DNA of 64,000 nucleotides from contig CAZSHX010000005.1 in the NCBI GenBank assembly GCA_964606895.1, forward strand, positions 16,936 to 80,935, read 5' to 3'. Origin of the DNA: an uncultured Hyphomicrobiales bacterium. GTDB lineage: Bacteria; Bacteroidota; Ignavibacteria; Kapaibacteriales; UBA2268. A model generated the notes under the pieces. It did no database searches, was not told where the DNA came from, and was given only the letters and a program-made list of their open reading frames with translations. Positions 49,208-60,155 of the stretch are shown piece by piece. Position numbers and translations under genes: made by a program. How positions within the stretch are numbered: the stretch's first letter is position 1; the number at the start of each line of letters is the position of its first letter.

Positions 49208-52200
49208 ATGAATTTTATGAATAAAAACCTACTTTTTCAGAGGTATGCCCTATTTGTTAAGCTGATTATTGCTTTGATTATTTTGTTGTCAACGGAAATG
49301 TATTCCGCTTATATCTCAAATTTCCCAATTGCAATTAAACAGCCTACAGGAGAGTCTTTTGATGTTCTTGCAACCGGAGATGAATTCTATAACTGGATTC
49401 ATGATGCTGACGGCTTTACTATTATTCAAGACCCCCAAACCGGTTTTTATACTTATGCACAAAAATCTGGAGATATTCTGATTTCCTCCAATAATATAGT
49501 TGGTAAAGCAAATCCAATTCAGTTGGGTATTCAGAAATGGTTGAAGTTTTCGGATAAAGCCATCAAAGAAAACATGAGAGAATTTATTAGTACAGTCAAT
49601 ATGCCTCGTCCTACACTCGATAATAAAAAATCGAGCAGTCTCCAATTCAACTCAGGCACAATTAATAATATTGTTACTTACATTCGTTTTTCGGATGAAG
49701 CAGAGTGGACAGATAACAACAGCACTTTCGATAATATGTTCAATGCCATGACGGGCAATTCAATGTATTCTTATTTTAAGGAAGCCTCTTATGATTTGTT
49801 GGGAATTGTTTCTACTTTCTATCCTACTCCACCGAGTTCGACCGTAATATCCTATCAGGATTCACACCCGAGAGGCTACTATCAGCCTTACAATGCTTCT
49901 ACAAATACAATCGGTTACACAGGTGGGGATGGCGGCAGTATGAGAAGGGACAGAGAGCACTCTCTTTTGGTTAATTGTGTTAATGCAATCAGCAGTCAGG
50001 TCCCATCAAGTTTGAATATAGATTTTAATAATGATGGTTATGTTGACAATGTTTGTTTTATGGTTTCTGGTACTCCAGGTGCTTGGGCAAGTTTACTTTG
50101 GCCCCACAGATGGTCTTTATACTCCCAGACAGTCAATATTAATGGCAAAAGAGTTTATGATTATAATTTCCAAATCCGTAGCATGACTCTCTCCAGCGGC
50201 AATGGCGTTTTGTGCCACGAAATGTTCCATACACTCGGTTCTCCCGATTTATATCATTATACATCAAATGGAATAGCTCCGGTGTACTCTTGGGATTTGA
50301 TGGAGAATAATGCAAATCCACCTCAGCACATGGGTGCATTCATGAAATTCAAATATGGGGGTTGGATTAGTTCTATTCCTGAGATTACAACGGCAGGTAC
50401 ATATACCCTAAATCAATTGACTCAGCCAACCGGAAATTGTTATAAGATTAAATCGCCCAATTCAACTACTGAGTATTTTGTAGTTGAATATCGGAAAAAA
50501 TCAGGAACATTTGAAAACAGTATTCCCGGGAGTGGTTTGATTGTTTACAGAATAAATCCCGCGGCAAGCGGCAATGCAGATGGTCCTCCTGACGAAGTAT
50601 ATATTTACCGTCCGGGCGGCACTACTACCGCAAATGGAACTCCTGCCAATGCAAATTTCAGCAGTGATGTATCAAGGGTAGCAATTAACAATACGACCAA
50701 TCTATCTGCCTTTCTTGCAAATGGTTCAGCAGGTTATCTGGATATTTCTGAAGTCAGCTCGGCAGGAACAACAATTTCGTTTAAAGTAGGCTTTGGTACT
50801 CCTACTATTCCCACTTTAATGCTACCTGCTAACAATTCAACATTGGTGCCATTAAAACCTGATTTCTCATGGAGTGCCTTTACCGGAGCCACAAGTTATG
50901 CTTTGCAGGTTTCCCAAACAACAGACTTTGCAACAAAAGTTATAGATAGAACCGGAATATCCGGAACTACCTTTACACCAACTACTGATTTGAACTATAA
51001 TGCCACCTATTATTGGAGGGTAAATGCCACAACAGGAACCGGAACAACAGGTTGGTCGAATACTTTTACATTTTCAACAATACCAAGTATAAAAATTGAT
51101 TCTATTGTCGGTACAATGTGTGCCGGTTATCCTTTTGCAGTTTATTACACTGCCGGAATAACGTTTAGTCCTATAAATGCTTTTACAGTTCAGTTATCAG
51201 ACACTCTGGGAAATTTCAACAGACCGGTTAATGTCGGATGGATTGCAAGTAATGTGTCAGGTGTGATATCTTGCCAAATGCCAGATACAATGCCGGGCGG
51301 CTCAAAATACAGAATGAGAATCTATGCAAATAATCCCGAAACTTATGGGATTAATAATGGAAAGGATATAACTATTACTCCTGCATTATCTCCTTTTGCT
51401 AACGGACTTCTTGAAGTTTGTGAATTCAGCACTTTACCTTATCAGACTTCAAACATTCCAAATGTGTCTGATAAATGGACTATTATTGGTGGTACATTGC
51501 TTGGGAAACCTGACTCTTCAATAATTAAAATTCAGTGGGGAGCCGCAGGAACCGGAAAAATTAAACTTGTAAAAAGAAGTGTTTTGGGTTGTACTGATTC
51601 TGTAACATTGACAGTTAAAATTAATCCGATTCCTACACCTGAATTCATAGGAAATTTGAATGTCTGTAAAAATTCAATTGAATTCTATACAGCCGATTTG
51701 GATGCTGACACAAAGAACATCTGGACTGTAAAAGGCGGGAAAATAATGAGCATAGTAAGCGACAAAATGGTTAAAATAGCATGGGATACTATGGGCAAAG
51801 GCAGTGTTACTCTCACTCAGATAATTGGTCCAACAAAATGTTCAAGTGTTTTGACAAAGGAAATCATTATTGCTCAATTGCCGGACCCGGATTCAATTTC
51901 AGGCATAACTTCAGTCTGCCCGTTTAGTGAAGTAATTTATCATTCAAATGCAAAAGCCGGAACTGTTAATTCATGGTTTGTTCAAAATGGAACAATAATC
52001 GGCAGTAAGAACTCAGATTCACTATTAGTTAGCTGGAACACTTCCGGCACAGGCAGTGTAAAATTAATCCAAACTTTGAATTCAACTGGTTGCAAAGATA
52101 CTTTAATCAAGAATATTACAATCAATCCTGTTCCGGAGCCTTCCATCCAGGGTAATTACAAAGGTTGCTCAAATCTTGTCAGAACTTACAGAACAATTGA

Positions 52201-52861
52201 AGATAATTTAGTTGCAAATTTGTGGGAAGCAACAAATGGGCAGATTATAGGAGAGAATAATCTGGATTCGGTTAGTGTTATATGGGGCAATTCAGGAGCA
52301 GGCAAACTGTCGCTGATTCAGACAATTAAAAAGACCGGGTGCTTTGACACGACTACTTACGATATTGTTATCAATCCACAACCTCCGCAACCTACAATCT
52401 CCAGAACCGGAGATATACTTTCTTCGAGTGCATCTGACGGCAACCAATGGTATGCCGAAAATATTAAAATTGAAGGTGCTAACTCGAAAGATTTATCTCC
52501 GAATAAAAATGGCTCCTATAGTGTAGATGTAACATTATTTGATTGTGTATCCGAGCGGTCAACCCCTTATTCTTATATTAGCAGTAACGTTCAGGAAATT
52601 GAAATTATTGATGGTAAAGTGAGTATTCATCCAAATCCGACAGATGGTATTATTAATCTGGTTTTATTGAACTCAAAGGATTCAAAAATCAGTATTAAAG
52701 TAATGAATTTGTTAGGTATCGGATTGATTACCAAAGAATTGGCATTTCAGGAAACTGAGATTGAAAAGATTGATTTAACAATGCTCCCCGATGGAGTATA
52801 TTCCGTTTTATTAACAATTGATGGGAAACAATTTGTTCGAAAAGTTATTTTGAGGAAGTAG
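49208..52861 (+). CDS. M6 (immune inhibitor A-like) metalloprotease with Ig-like stalk and T9SS CTD
   Basis: 'GDEFY.W', 'CHEMFHTLGSPDLY', 'EYFVVEYR'; CTD 'HPNPTDG...LPDGVY'. Confidence 0.9.
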   Translation: MNFMNKNLLFQRYALFVKLIIALIILLSTEMYSAYISNFPIAIKQPTGESFDVLATGDEFYNWIHDADGFTIIQDPQTGFYTYAQKSGDILISSNNIVGKANPIQLGIQKWLKFSDKAIKENMREFISTVNMPRPTLDNKKSSSLQFNSGTINNIVTYIRFSDEAEWTDNNSTFDNMFNAMTGNSMYSYFKEASYDLLGIVSTFYPTPPSSTVISYQDSHPRGYYQPYNASTNTIGYTGGDGGSMRRDREHSLLVNCVNAISSQVPSSLNIDFNNDGYVDNVCFMVSGTPGAWASLLWPHRWSLYSQTVNINGKRVYDYNFQIRSMTLSSGNGVLCHEMFHTLGSPDLYHYTSNGIAPVYSWDLMENNANPPQHMGAFMKFKYGGWISSIPEITTAGTYTLNQLTQPTGNCYKIKSPNSTTEYFVVEYRKKSGTFENSIPGSGLIVYRINPAASGNADGPPDEVYIYRPGGTTTANGTPANANFSSDVSRVAINNTTNLSAFLANGSAGYLDISEVSSAGTTISFKVGFGTPTIPTLMLPANNSTLVPLKPDFSWSAFTGATSYALQVSQTTDFATKVIDRTGISGTTFTPTTDLNYNATYYWRVNATTGTGTTGWSNTFTFSTIPSIKIDSIVGTMCAGYPFAVYYTAGITFSPINAFTVQLSDTLGNFNRPVNVGWIASNVSGVISCQMPDTMPGGSKYRMRIYANNPETYGINNGKDITITPALSPFANGLLEVCEFSTLPYQTSNIPNVSDKWTIIGGTLLGKPDSSIIKIQWGAAGTGKIKLVKRSVLGCTDSVTLTVKINPIPTPEFIGNLNVCKNSIEFYTADLDADTKNIWTVKGGKIMSIVSDKMVKIAWDTMGKGSVTLTQIIGPTKCSSVLTKEIIIAQLPDPDSISGITSVCPFSEVIYHSNAKAGTVNSWFVQNGTIIGSKNSDSLLVSWNTSGTGSVKLIQTLNSTGCKDTLIKNITINPVPEPSIQGNYKGCSNLVRTYRTIEDNLVANLWEATNGQIIGENNLDSVSVIWGNSGAGKLSLIQTIKKTGCFDTTTYDIVINPQPPQPTISRTGDILSSSASDGNQWYAENIKIEGANSKDLSPNKNGSYSVDVTLFDCVSERSTPYSYISSNVQEIEIIDGKVSIHPNPTDGIINLVLLNSKDSKISIKVMNLLGIGLITKELAFQETEIEKIDLTMLPDGVYSVLLTIDGKQFVRKVILRK

Positions 52862-53033
52862 ATACTTTCTTCGGAAAAGCTGGGATTTTTTATAATAAGT
52901 TGTTCTGTTTATTGTCATTTTATGTTTGACGAAAATCTTTCTATATTCATTATAGATGTGATTTTCCTTGTAACTTTGAATAACGAAGAATTAAGCTAAT
53001 GAAAATATTTTTATATTTATATAAGGGGGAAAT

Positions 53034-56000
53034 ATGAGAAGCTTAAACATTAAGAATGTATTAATTAGTTTAGGTGTTTTTCTAACTTTAACTTTAGGAG
53101 CTACAGCTCAAACATGGGTGAAACATTCGACAGATGTTCCGCCGGGCTGTGTACTTACTTTGTATGCTAATGGCACAAATATATATGCGGGAACTTATGG
53201 TGAAGGTGTGTTTTTTACAACAAACAACGGCACCAATTGGTCAAACATCAAAGGTTCCTTGCCAAATACTTATGTGTCTGCGGTTCATGTCGTTGACACC
53301 AATTTATTTGTGGGTACAGGATATTTTGGTGTTTACCGTTCGAATAACAATGGTGTTGATTGGTCTGCTCAAAATGCAGGATTAAGCAACAGATATGTTC
53401 AAGCGTTTGCAAATTTTGGCACAAGAGTGTTTGCCGGCACAAGAAGAGGCGGAGTATTCAGAACAATTAATAACGCGGCAAGCTGGGTTTCATCAAGCTC
53501 AGGATTACCGTCTAATTGCGATGTAAGGTGTCTGGTAATCCGTGGTACTGTGATTTTTGCTGGAACCGATACGGGTATTTATTCTTCTGTTGATAGTGGT
53601 GCAACATGGACAGAATCAAACGGAGGACTTCCTTCTTATGATGTAACTGCTTTGCTTCAAAGAGGAGGAAGTCTTTATACTTGTGTTTACGGCTCAGGTG
53701 TTCATAAATCAACTAATGGCGGTAGAGACTGGACTCCGATTAATTCGGGATTAACATCCTATAATGTCACTTCACTTTGCTCAATATCAAGCAATCTCTA
53801 TGTCGGTACTGAAGGAAGCGGTGTTTTTCTAACCACAAATGACGGAGCGGGATGGAACAATATAAGTTCCACAATATCTAATGATTACGTTAATTGTCTT
53901 TTATCGCTTGGGAATAATGTTTTTGCAGGTACGTTGTATGGTCCCGGGGGAGGTGTTTGCATGACTGCCGATAATAATGATAATTGGCAGTATCTCAATT
54001 CTGGATTTTCCAATTACGGGAAAATTAATTCCTTCGTTGTTGCAGGTACAAGTACATTTGCGGGAGGAGAAGGCGGAATTGCCCATTCAACAAATAATGG
54101 ACTGACATGGACAATCGCAAATTCAGGCATGGCATCGAATATTGTTGTTAATTCCCTGAATGTTAAAGGCTCAAGTATTCTTGCCGGAACAGATTTCAAA
54201 GGGCTTTATATTTCTACAAATAATGGTGGAGCATGGGTTCAGGCAAATAACGGATTTCATCTTAATCCGATAATCAGGAGTATAGTTATTAATGGACCTG
54301 ATATATTTATCGGGAGTGATACAGGAATGTACGTTTCAACCAATAATGGCGGAAGTTGGTCAGCTTATAGCAATGGCTTAACTAATAAGAACATTTATTC
54401 GCTTACTTTTCTTGATACTGTCCTATTTGCCGGAACTTCGAATGCGGTTTATAAATCAATGAACAGAGGTACTTCATGGGTTTCTTCATCAACGGGTCTT
54501 CCTTCATTGCCTGTGAACTTTCTTCTTACCAAAGGAATAAATGTATTCGCATCGGTCGAGGGTGGAGGAGTTTTTATGACTTCCAATGGAGGTCAGAACT
54601 GGACCGGCGTGAATTCAGGGTTGGGTGATTTAAATGTCAGAAGTTTGTATTCTTATGGTTCAGCCGTATTTGCAGGAACTTTAAACGGCGTTTTTGTTAC
54701 AGTAAACAATGGCGATAACTGGACATATTTACCAAATACAGGATTAACAAACAACAATATTCAATCTTTGGGATATGCCGATACAACATTGCTTGCAGGA
54801 ACAATCGGAGGCGGAGTGTTTCATCTTGACCTTTCATCAATTATTTTGACGGGTACACTTCAAAAGAATGCTTACTGCACAACTAATCAATTGCAAGTAC
54901 CGGTTCTGGCTATTGGTACTTTTAATGCAGGCAATATTTTCACAGCTGAACTTTCGGATACGATTGGTAATTTCGGAAATCCAATAAGTATTGGCACACT
55001 GAATTCAATTGTTTCAGGCAATATAACAGCCACAATTCCTCCGGGAGTGGTCAAAGGTACTCAGTATCGTATTCGCGTTAAAAGTACAAATCCTGTTTTA
55101 ATTGCACAGGATAATCAAAAGGACTTTTCGATCAACCCGATTCCTACCGTTACACTTTCTCCATTTGACAGTGTATGTGCAAGTGCTCCTGCATTTGATT
55201 TAACCGGTGGTTTGCCTGCAGGCGGTTCATATACCGGATTAGGAGTATCGCTCGGCAAATTTAATCCTGCAACTGTCGGTCCCGGTTTGCAGACTATAAC
55301 TTACACTTACAACGACCCGAACGGCTGTTCAAATTCGGCTTCAAGACAGATCTCGGTACTTACTGTTCCATTTATTTTACAGGACTCTTTGACTTCTGTC
55401 TGTGTTTATGCTCCTTTAGTTGATTTGACAGTTGGTGTGACACCGACAGGAGGTGTTTTTTCAGGCAACGGAGTTTCAAATGGTAAATTCAATCCCACTG
55501 TGGCTGGAGCCGGAACTCATGTTTTGAAGTATTCTGTTGTTGGTTCTAATGGATGCTCGAATACTGCATTCAGAACAATTAAAGTTAATCCTAAACCCAG
55601 TTTGGTTTTATCCAATTTCCAGGATGTTTGTGTTGATACACCGCCGTTTGATATACAGGGTGGATTCCCTGCAGGTGGAACTTATTCAGGTTCGGGAGTT
55701 ATCAGCAATAAATTTTATCCTGCATTATCAGGTATCGGAAATATTCCTATTACTTACAGATTTAAAGATGCAAACGGATGTGAAGACTCCATTTCAAAAT
55801 CAATTCATGTTTATCCCATACCTCAGAAGCCAACAATAACACGAGGCGGAGATGAACTTGCGGCAAGCTCGGCTCAAACATATAAATGGTATTATAAAGA
55901 TGAAGTTATACCCGGTGCAACAACCCAGTACTTTAAGCCTGATAAAATCGGGTTTTATAAGGTTGAAGTACAGGATGCATTCGGATGTTCGGCACTTTCC

Positions 56001-56300
56001 GATCCTTTCTATTTTTCCGGAACGGCAGTTCATGACGTAACCAATTTTGAATTTGGAATTATTTATCCAAATCCAAGCAAAGGTATATTCAACATTAAAA
56101 TTGGTGACCTCAATCTGAAAGAGCTTGAAATTAATGTCAAGGATATTCTTGGGAATAGCATTTATCAAAGGAACGTAGTTATGTTGGGTGATTCTGATGA
56201 AAAGATTGACATTTCCTCAGTGCCTTCCGGAATTTACATTCTGGAAATTATCGCAGGCGAGAAGCGTTTTGTTGGAAAAATAGTTAAGAACAATGAATAA
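53034..56300 (+). CDS. BNR/Asp-box beta-propeller protein with Ig-like repeats and T9SS CTD
   Basis: Many 'GT..GV..STNNG..W...N.GL' repeats; CTD 'YPNPSKG...VPSGIY'. Confidence 0.88.
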   Translation: MRSLNIKNVLISLGVFLTLTLGATAQTWVKHSTDVPPGCVLTLYANGTNIYAGTYGEGVFFTTNNGTNWSNIKGSLPNTYVSAVHVVDTNLFVGTGYFGVYRSNNNGVDWSAQNAGLSNRYVQAFANFGTRVFAGTRRGGVFRTINNAASWVSSSSGLPSNCDVRCLVIRGTVIFAGTDTGIYSSVDSGATWTESNGGLPSYDVTALLQRGGSLYTCVYGSGVHKSTNGGRDWTPINSGLTSYNVTSLCSISSNLYVGTEGSGVFLTTNDGAGWNNISSTISNDYVNCLLSLGNNVFAGTLYGPGGGVCMTADNNDNWQYLNSGFSNYGKINSFVVAGTSTFAGGEGGIAHSTNNGLTWTIANSGMASNIVVNSLNVKGSSILAGTDFKGLYISTNNGGAWVQANNGFHLNPIIRSIVINGPDIFIGSDTGMYVSTNNGGSWSAYSNGLTNKNIYSLTFLDTVLFAGTSNAVYKSMNRGTSWVSSSTGLPSLPVNFLLTKGINVFASVEGGGVFMTSNGGQNWTGVNSGLGDLNVRSLYSYGSAVFAGTLNGVFVTVNNGDNWTYLPNTGLTNNNIQSLGYADTTLLAGTIGGGVFHLDLSSIILTGTLQKNAYCTTNQLQVPVLAIGTFNAGNIFTAELSDTIGNFGNPISIGTLNSIVSGNITATIPPGVVKGTQYRIRVKSTNPVLIAQDNQKDFSINPIPTVTLSPFDSVCASAPAFDLTGGLPAGGSYTGLGVSLGKFNPATVGPGLQTITYTYNDPNGCSNSASRQISVLTVPFILQDSLTSVCVYAPLVDLTVGVTPTGGVFSGNGVSNGKFNPTVAGAGTHVLKYSVVGSNGCSNTAFRTIKVNPKPSLVLSNFQDVCVDTPPFDIQGGFPAGGTYSGSGVISNKFYPALSGIGNIPITYRFKDANGCEDSISKSIHVYPIPQKPTITRGGDELAASSAQTYKWYYKDEVIPGATTQYFKPDKIGFYKVEVQDAFGCSALSDPFYFSGTAVHDVTNFEFGIIYPNPSKGIFNIKIGDLNLKELEINVKDILGNSIYQRNVVMLGDSDEKIDISSVPSGIYILEIIAGEKRFVGKIVKNNE

Positions 56301-56311
56301 AAATATTTAAT

Positions 56312-58513
56312 ATGAGCAGTACCATAACTTTACAAAAACGTATCCATAGCACCGAAAGTCATCCTCCGAAACAGAGTGGCTTTTATGTTAGAATATTTAT
56401 CATGATAATTACAGTTAGTTTATGTACTGTACTGTTTGCTTTTCATTTTAATAAGCAAAAAAAAGAAATTATTCATTATAATGTTGTTGCCGGCAACGTT
56501 TGGTCAAAAAATTCATTGAAAGCTGATTTCTCGTTTCCGGTTTTCAAAGATGAGTACAATTATAAAAAAGAGGTGGCAGATGCAAAGAAAGCCTCTTTAC
56601 AGGTATTTTTGATTAATGATGATGCCGAAAAAAATGCTATTGATTTTCTTGACAATTTTTTTAAACATTTCAAGCAAAATGAAGCAGTTATCAACGAGGG
56701 CATTAGGGAATTGCTGAAAGAAAATGTAGTAATGGAATTTACTCAGATCAACAGCGATGCGTTTCAGAAAGAGATGAAAAATATTGAAAAGCTTCTTAAA
56801 AACTTTGTTAGTGTTGTTTATCGGAATGGTGTTGTTGACCGAGATCTTTCGTCAATTCCGGCACAGGAAATTGCACTGCGAATTGATGTGAATATTGACA
56901 AAATTATTCGTAAAGCCCCACTTTTCGACAGTAAATCTTATAAAGAAAAAGCCAAGGCTTTGGTTGAAGATAAGCTTTCCGAAAAATCATTACCATTTGT
57001 CAGAGAAATCATACAAAAACTTTACAAGCCTAATATTCTTTTCTCTGCCGATTTGACTGATAAAGCACGGGAGCTTGCCAGTCAATCTGTTGGCAAAACT
57101 GAAGGAATTGTCAGAGAAGGTGATGTTATTGTTGAAAAAGGAGAACGAATCACCGAAAGTACTATAGCAAAACTTACTTCCTATCAACACTCAAAATTTC
57201 TGAAGAATGACTCTGAAAATTCATTTTTTACTGTTCTTGGTAGTTTCGGACATGCCGGTTTTATTTATGCAATTTTAGTTATATATCTGATAATATTAAG
57301 AAAGAAGATTCTTTTTAACAATTTTGAATTCGGATTGTTAAGTTTTCTCATGATTTTTGTTGCTTTCGTATCATGGCTTTCGATTCAAATTCCGTCCAAA
57401 TATCCACTGGAATATCTGATTATTGTACCGGGAATTTCAATGCTTGTTGCAATACTTTTCGATTCCCGAACGGCATTTTATTTTACCGTAACAATCTCGC
57501 TATTAGTTGCCGGTATTCGGGGTAATGACTACGACACAGGAACAGCATTGATGTTTGCCGGAATTATAGCCGCCTATACTGTTCGAGATATACAGAGCAG
57601 AACTCAGATGTTTAAATCAGTTTTCTTTATTGCGATTGGTTTCTTGATAACGATCGTTTCTTTCGGATTCGAGAGGTCGCTCGATTTTGACCAGACTTTT
57701 GGTAAGCTGATTGTTGCTTTAGTAAATTCTGCAGTATCCCCTTTGGTAACTTTCGGGCTTCTTTTTGTTCTCGAAAGATTTACTAACGTTACAACCGATT
57801 TGAAACTTGACGAATACAACAAACTTACAAATCCTCTTCTGGTTAAAATGAGTGAAATTGCACCGGGAACCTACCAGCACTCCCTCCAGATGGCAGTTCT
57901 TGCAGAAAAATGTGCTACTGCAATTGGAGCTCATCGTTTGCTGGCGAGGGTAGGAGCTTTGTATCATGACATCGGTAAAATCACAAAACCGGAATATTTC
58001 ATCGAAAATCAAATTGAATTAGATAAAAGCAAACATAATCTGATATCTTCGAAAAAGAGTGCTGAAGCAATTAAGAGCCATGTTCTTGATGGTATTAAAA
58101 TCGCTAAGGAATATAAAATTCCTGAAAAAATTGCTGATTTTATCCCGATGCATCACGGAACTTTTTTAATCAAACATTTTTATGCCAAAGCTGTCGAAGA
58201 TGCTCACGGTGAGAAAGTCAATGAAGCCGATTACAGATACCCGGGACCAAAACCTACTACCAAGGAAGCGGCTATCGTGATGATTTGCGATTCTGCCGAA
58301 GCTATTTCAAGACTTGCATCAAGCGATAAAGAAGAGCTTGACAAAGCAATTGAAAAAACCATCAATTCCAGATTGCAGGATGGTCAGTTTGACGATTGCG
58401 AAATAACTCTGAAGGACTTGCATGTTATTAAGGAAACTTGTCTAAAAAGTCTGTTCGGCGTTGTTCATCAGCGAATTGAATATAAGGAAATGCCGGAAGA
58501 AAAAAGTTCTTGA
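56312..58513 (+). CDS. 7TM-HDIG phosphohydrolase (PgpH-like)
   Basis: Extracellular domain plus 7 TMs; 'APGTYQHS', 'YHDIGK', 'HHGT', 'RYPGPKP'. Confidence 0.9.
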   Translation: MSSTITLQKRIHSTESHPPKQSGFYVRIFIMIITVSLCTVLFAFHFNKQKKEIIHYNVVAGNVWSKNSLKADFSFPVFKDEYNYKKEVADAKKASLQVFLINDDAEKNAIDFLDNFFKHFKQNEAVINEGIRELLKENVVMEFTQINSDAFQKEMKNIEKLLKNFVSVVYRNGVVDRDLSSIPAQEIALRIDVNIDKIIRKAPLFDSKSYKEKAKALVEDKLSEKSLPFVREIIQKLYKPNILFSADLTDKARELASQSVGKTEGIVREGDVIVEKGERITESTIAKLTSYQHSKFLKNDSENSFFTVLGSFGHAGFIYAILVIYLIILRKKILFNNFEFGLLSFLMIFVAFVSWLSIQIPSKYPLEYLIIVPGISMLVAILFDSRTAFYFTVTISLLVAGIRGNDYDTGTALMFAGIIAAYTVRDIQSRTQMFKSVFFIAIGFLITIVSFGFERSLDFDQTFGKLIVALVNSAVSPLVTFGLLFVLERFTNVTTDLKLDEYNKLTNPLLVKMSEIAPGTYQHSLQMAVLAEKCATAIGAHRLLARVGALYHDIGKITKPEYFIENQIELDKSKHNLISSKKSAEAIKSHVLDGIKIAKEYKIPEKIADFIPMHHGTFLIKHFYAKAVEDAHGEKVNEADYRYPGPKPTTKEAAIVMICDSAEAISRLASSDKEELDKAIEKTINSRLQDGQFDDCEITLKDLHVIKETCLKSLFGVVHQRIEYKEMPEEKSS

Positions 58514-58691
58514 AAAAGGAGTATGGAAAGTATAGGTAACTTAATTTATAACATCAATTATGAAAAGGTTTTCTATTAAACGACAGTCTTCTTTATTTTT
58601 CTAATTTCTTTTTGGCGATTTGTAGGGGGAAGGGCGATGGTAGACTAATTGCTAATGGTTATAGTAAAAATATTATCAAAATCAGAATTAA

Positions 58692-59651
58692 TTGAAAAAA
58701 ACGAATATAAAAAATACTGTTGACAATGGTATATCAAAGGATTGTCAAAGGGAACTGACGAAATTCGTCAGCTATATTTCCTTTGAAAAAGGGCTTTCCG
58801 AAAATACCAAAATATCATATAAACATGATTTGATTGCTTTTGCTCAATTCCTGATTTTGGAAAATGTTCAGCGGTTTTCAGTTGCAAGCTCAGAGCAAAT
58901 ATTGAAATTCCTGCAAACTTTAACCGATTTCGGTCTTTCTTCCGCAAGCCGTTCTCGCTATCTGTCTTCAATTCGTAGTTTCTACAAATTTCTTTATGCT
59001 GACGGTATTTCTCAGTCCGACCCTGCTGAAACAATCGAACTCCCTAAAAAAGGAAGAAAACTTCCCGAAACACTGACCATCGAAGAAGTGTTAAAAATTC
59101 TTGAACAGCCCGACACCTCAAAGCCAATGGGAATCCGCGACAGAGCAATACTTGAAGTTATGTACGCAAGCGGATTGCGGGTTTCGGAAGTAATAAACCT
59201 CAAACAAAGGAACATACTTGGTGATGCAGAAATTATCCGCGTATTCGGAAAAGGCTCTAAGGAAAGAATCGTTCCAATTGGAAATTCAGCCTTGGAATGG
59301 ATAGAATTGTACAGACAAAAAGCGAGAGTACTGTTTATTAAAGCCAAACCGACCGATGATGTTCTGTTTCTTAATCAGCGAGGAGCAAAGCTTTCGCGAA
59401 TGGGAATCTGGAAAATAGTTGATTTTGCCGCCAGAAAAGCTGAAATTGAAACCAAGGTTCATCCGCACACATTCCGTCATTCCTTCGCAACACATCTGCT
59501 AGAAGGCGGTGCAGATCTGAGGGCGGTTCAGGAAATGCTCGGTCATTCTGATATTTCAACAACGCAGATTTACACACATCTCGACCGTGACTACATCAAA
59601 GAAGTCCACAGAACATTCCACCCCAGAGGGAAAGAAGGATTTAAGAAATAG
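58692..59651 (+). CDS. xerD: Site-specific tyrosine recombinase XerD
   Basis: 'EKGLSENT..SY..D', 'RDRAILEVMYASGLRVSE', 'HPHTFRHSFATHLL.GGADLR.VQEMLGH.DISTTQIYTH'. Confidence 0.9.
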   Translation: MKKTNIKNTVDNGISKDCQRELTKFVSYISFEKGLSENTKISYKHDLIAFAQFLILENVQRFSVASSEQILKFLQTLTDFGLSSASRSRYLSSIRSFYKFLYADGISQSDPAETIELPKKGRKLPETLTIEEVLKILEQPDTSKPMGIRDRAILEVMYASGLRVSEVINLKQRNILGDAEIIRVFGKGSKERIVPIGNSALEWIELYRQKARVLFIKAKPTDDVLFLNQRGAKLSRMGIWKIVDFAARKAEIETKVHPHTFRHSFATHLLEGGADLRAVQEMLGHSDISTTQIYTHLDRDYIKEVHRTFHPRGKEGFKK

Positions 59652-59724
59652 AATCAATTCAAAGTCATATAAATAAAAAGGAACCAAGAAAATACATATA
59701 CACACTTCTTCAAGGCTTCCATTA

Positions 59725-60050
59725 TAAACCCTAACTCGCCCTAATGCACGAAATAGTGAGAATAGGGTTTAAATAATCTCGTATATGCCTTACAAAAGAT
59801 TTGTTTCCATAGATGCGGGATATACTGTTTGAGCGGAAATTGCCAATCTTTGCAATGCTCATTAAAAAAGTAAAATGTTACAAATATTTTCGGATTATTA
59901 ATCCCTCTCCCATCCTGGCTTTGGATGGCTTAAATCCTTCAGATTTGGATGTTGTGCCTAAACACTTGCTTGTCTTCTTAACTGCTCGCTTTCGCTCCTT
60001 GTCCCAAATACTACTAACTTCAAAAAGAATAATTATTTGTTTCCTCTAAT
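59725..60050 (-). pseudogene. Degenerate transposase N-terminal remnant (IS1634/IS4-like)
   Basis: Minus-strand fragments 'LFEVSSIWDKERKRAVKKTSKCLG' and 'LKQYIPHLWKQIFCKAYTRL' with stops and frameshifts; family recognised from memory. Confidence 0.55.
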
Positions 60051-60155
60051 TATTTTTTTTGCAGTAATAAATATATTATTAATTTCAATTAAATTTCTTA
60101 TTTTGCATAATCAAAATATTTTGTTTTAATGTTTGTCAAAATTTGGAGTGTAATT

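Noticed and set aside
58692-59651. Tyrosine recombinase as the integrase for the cassette-like array
   Set aside because: It looks like canonical housekeeping XerD, shows no IntI-specific insertion, and lies over 10 kb from the nearest module.
59813-60049. 78-aa plus-strand ORF
   Set aside because: Better explained as the antisense of a transposase remnant.
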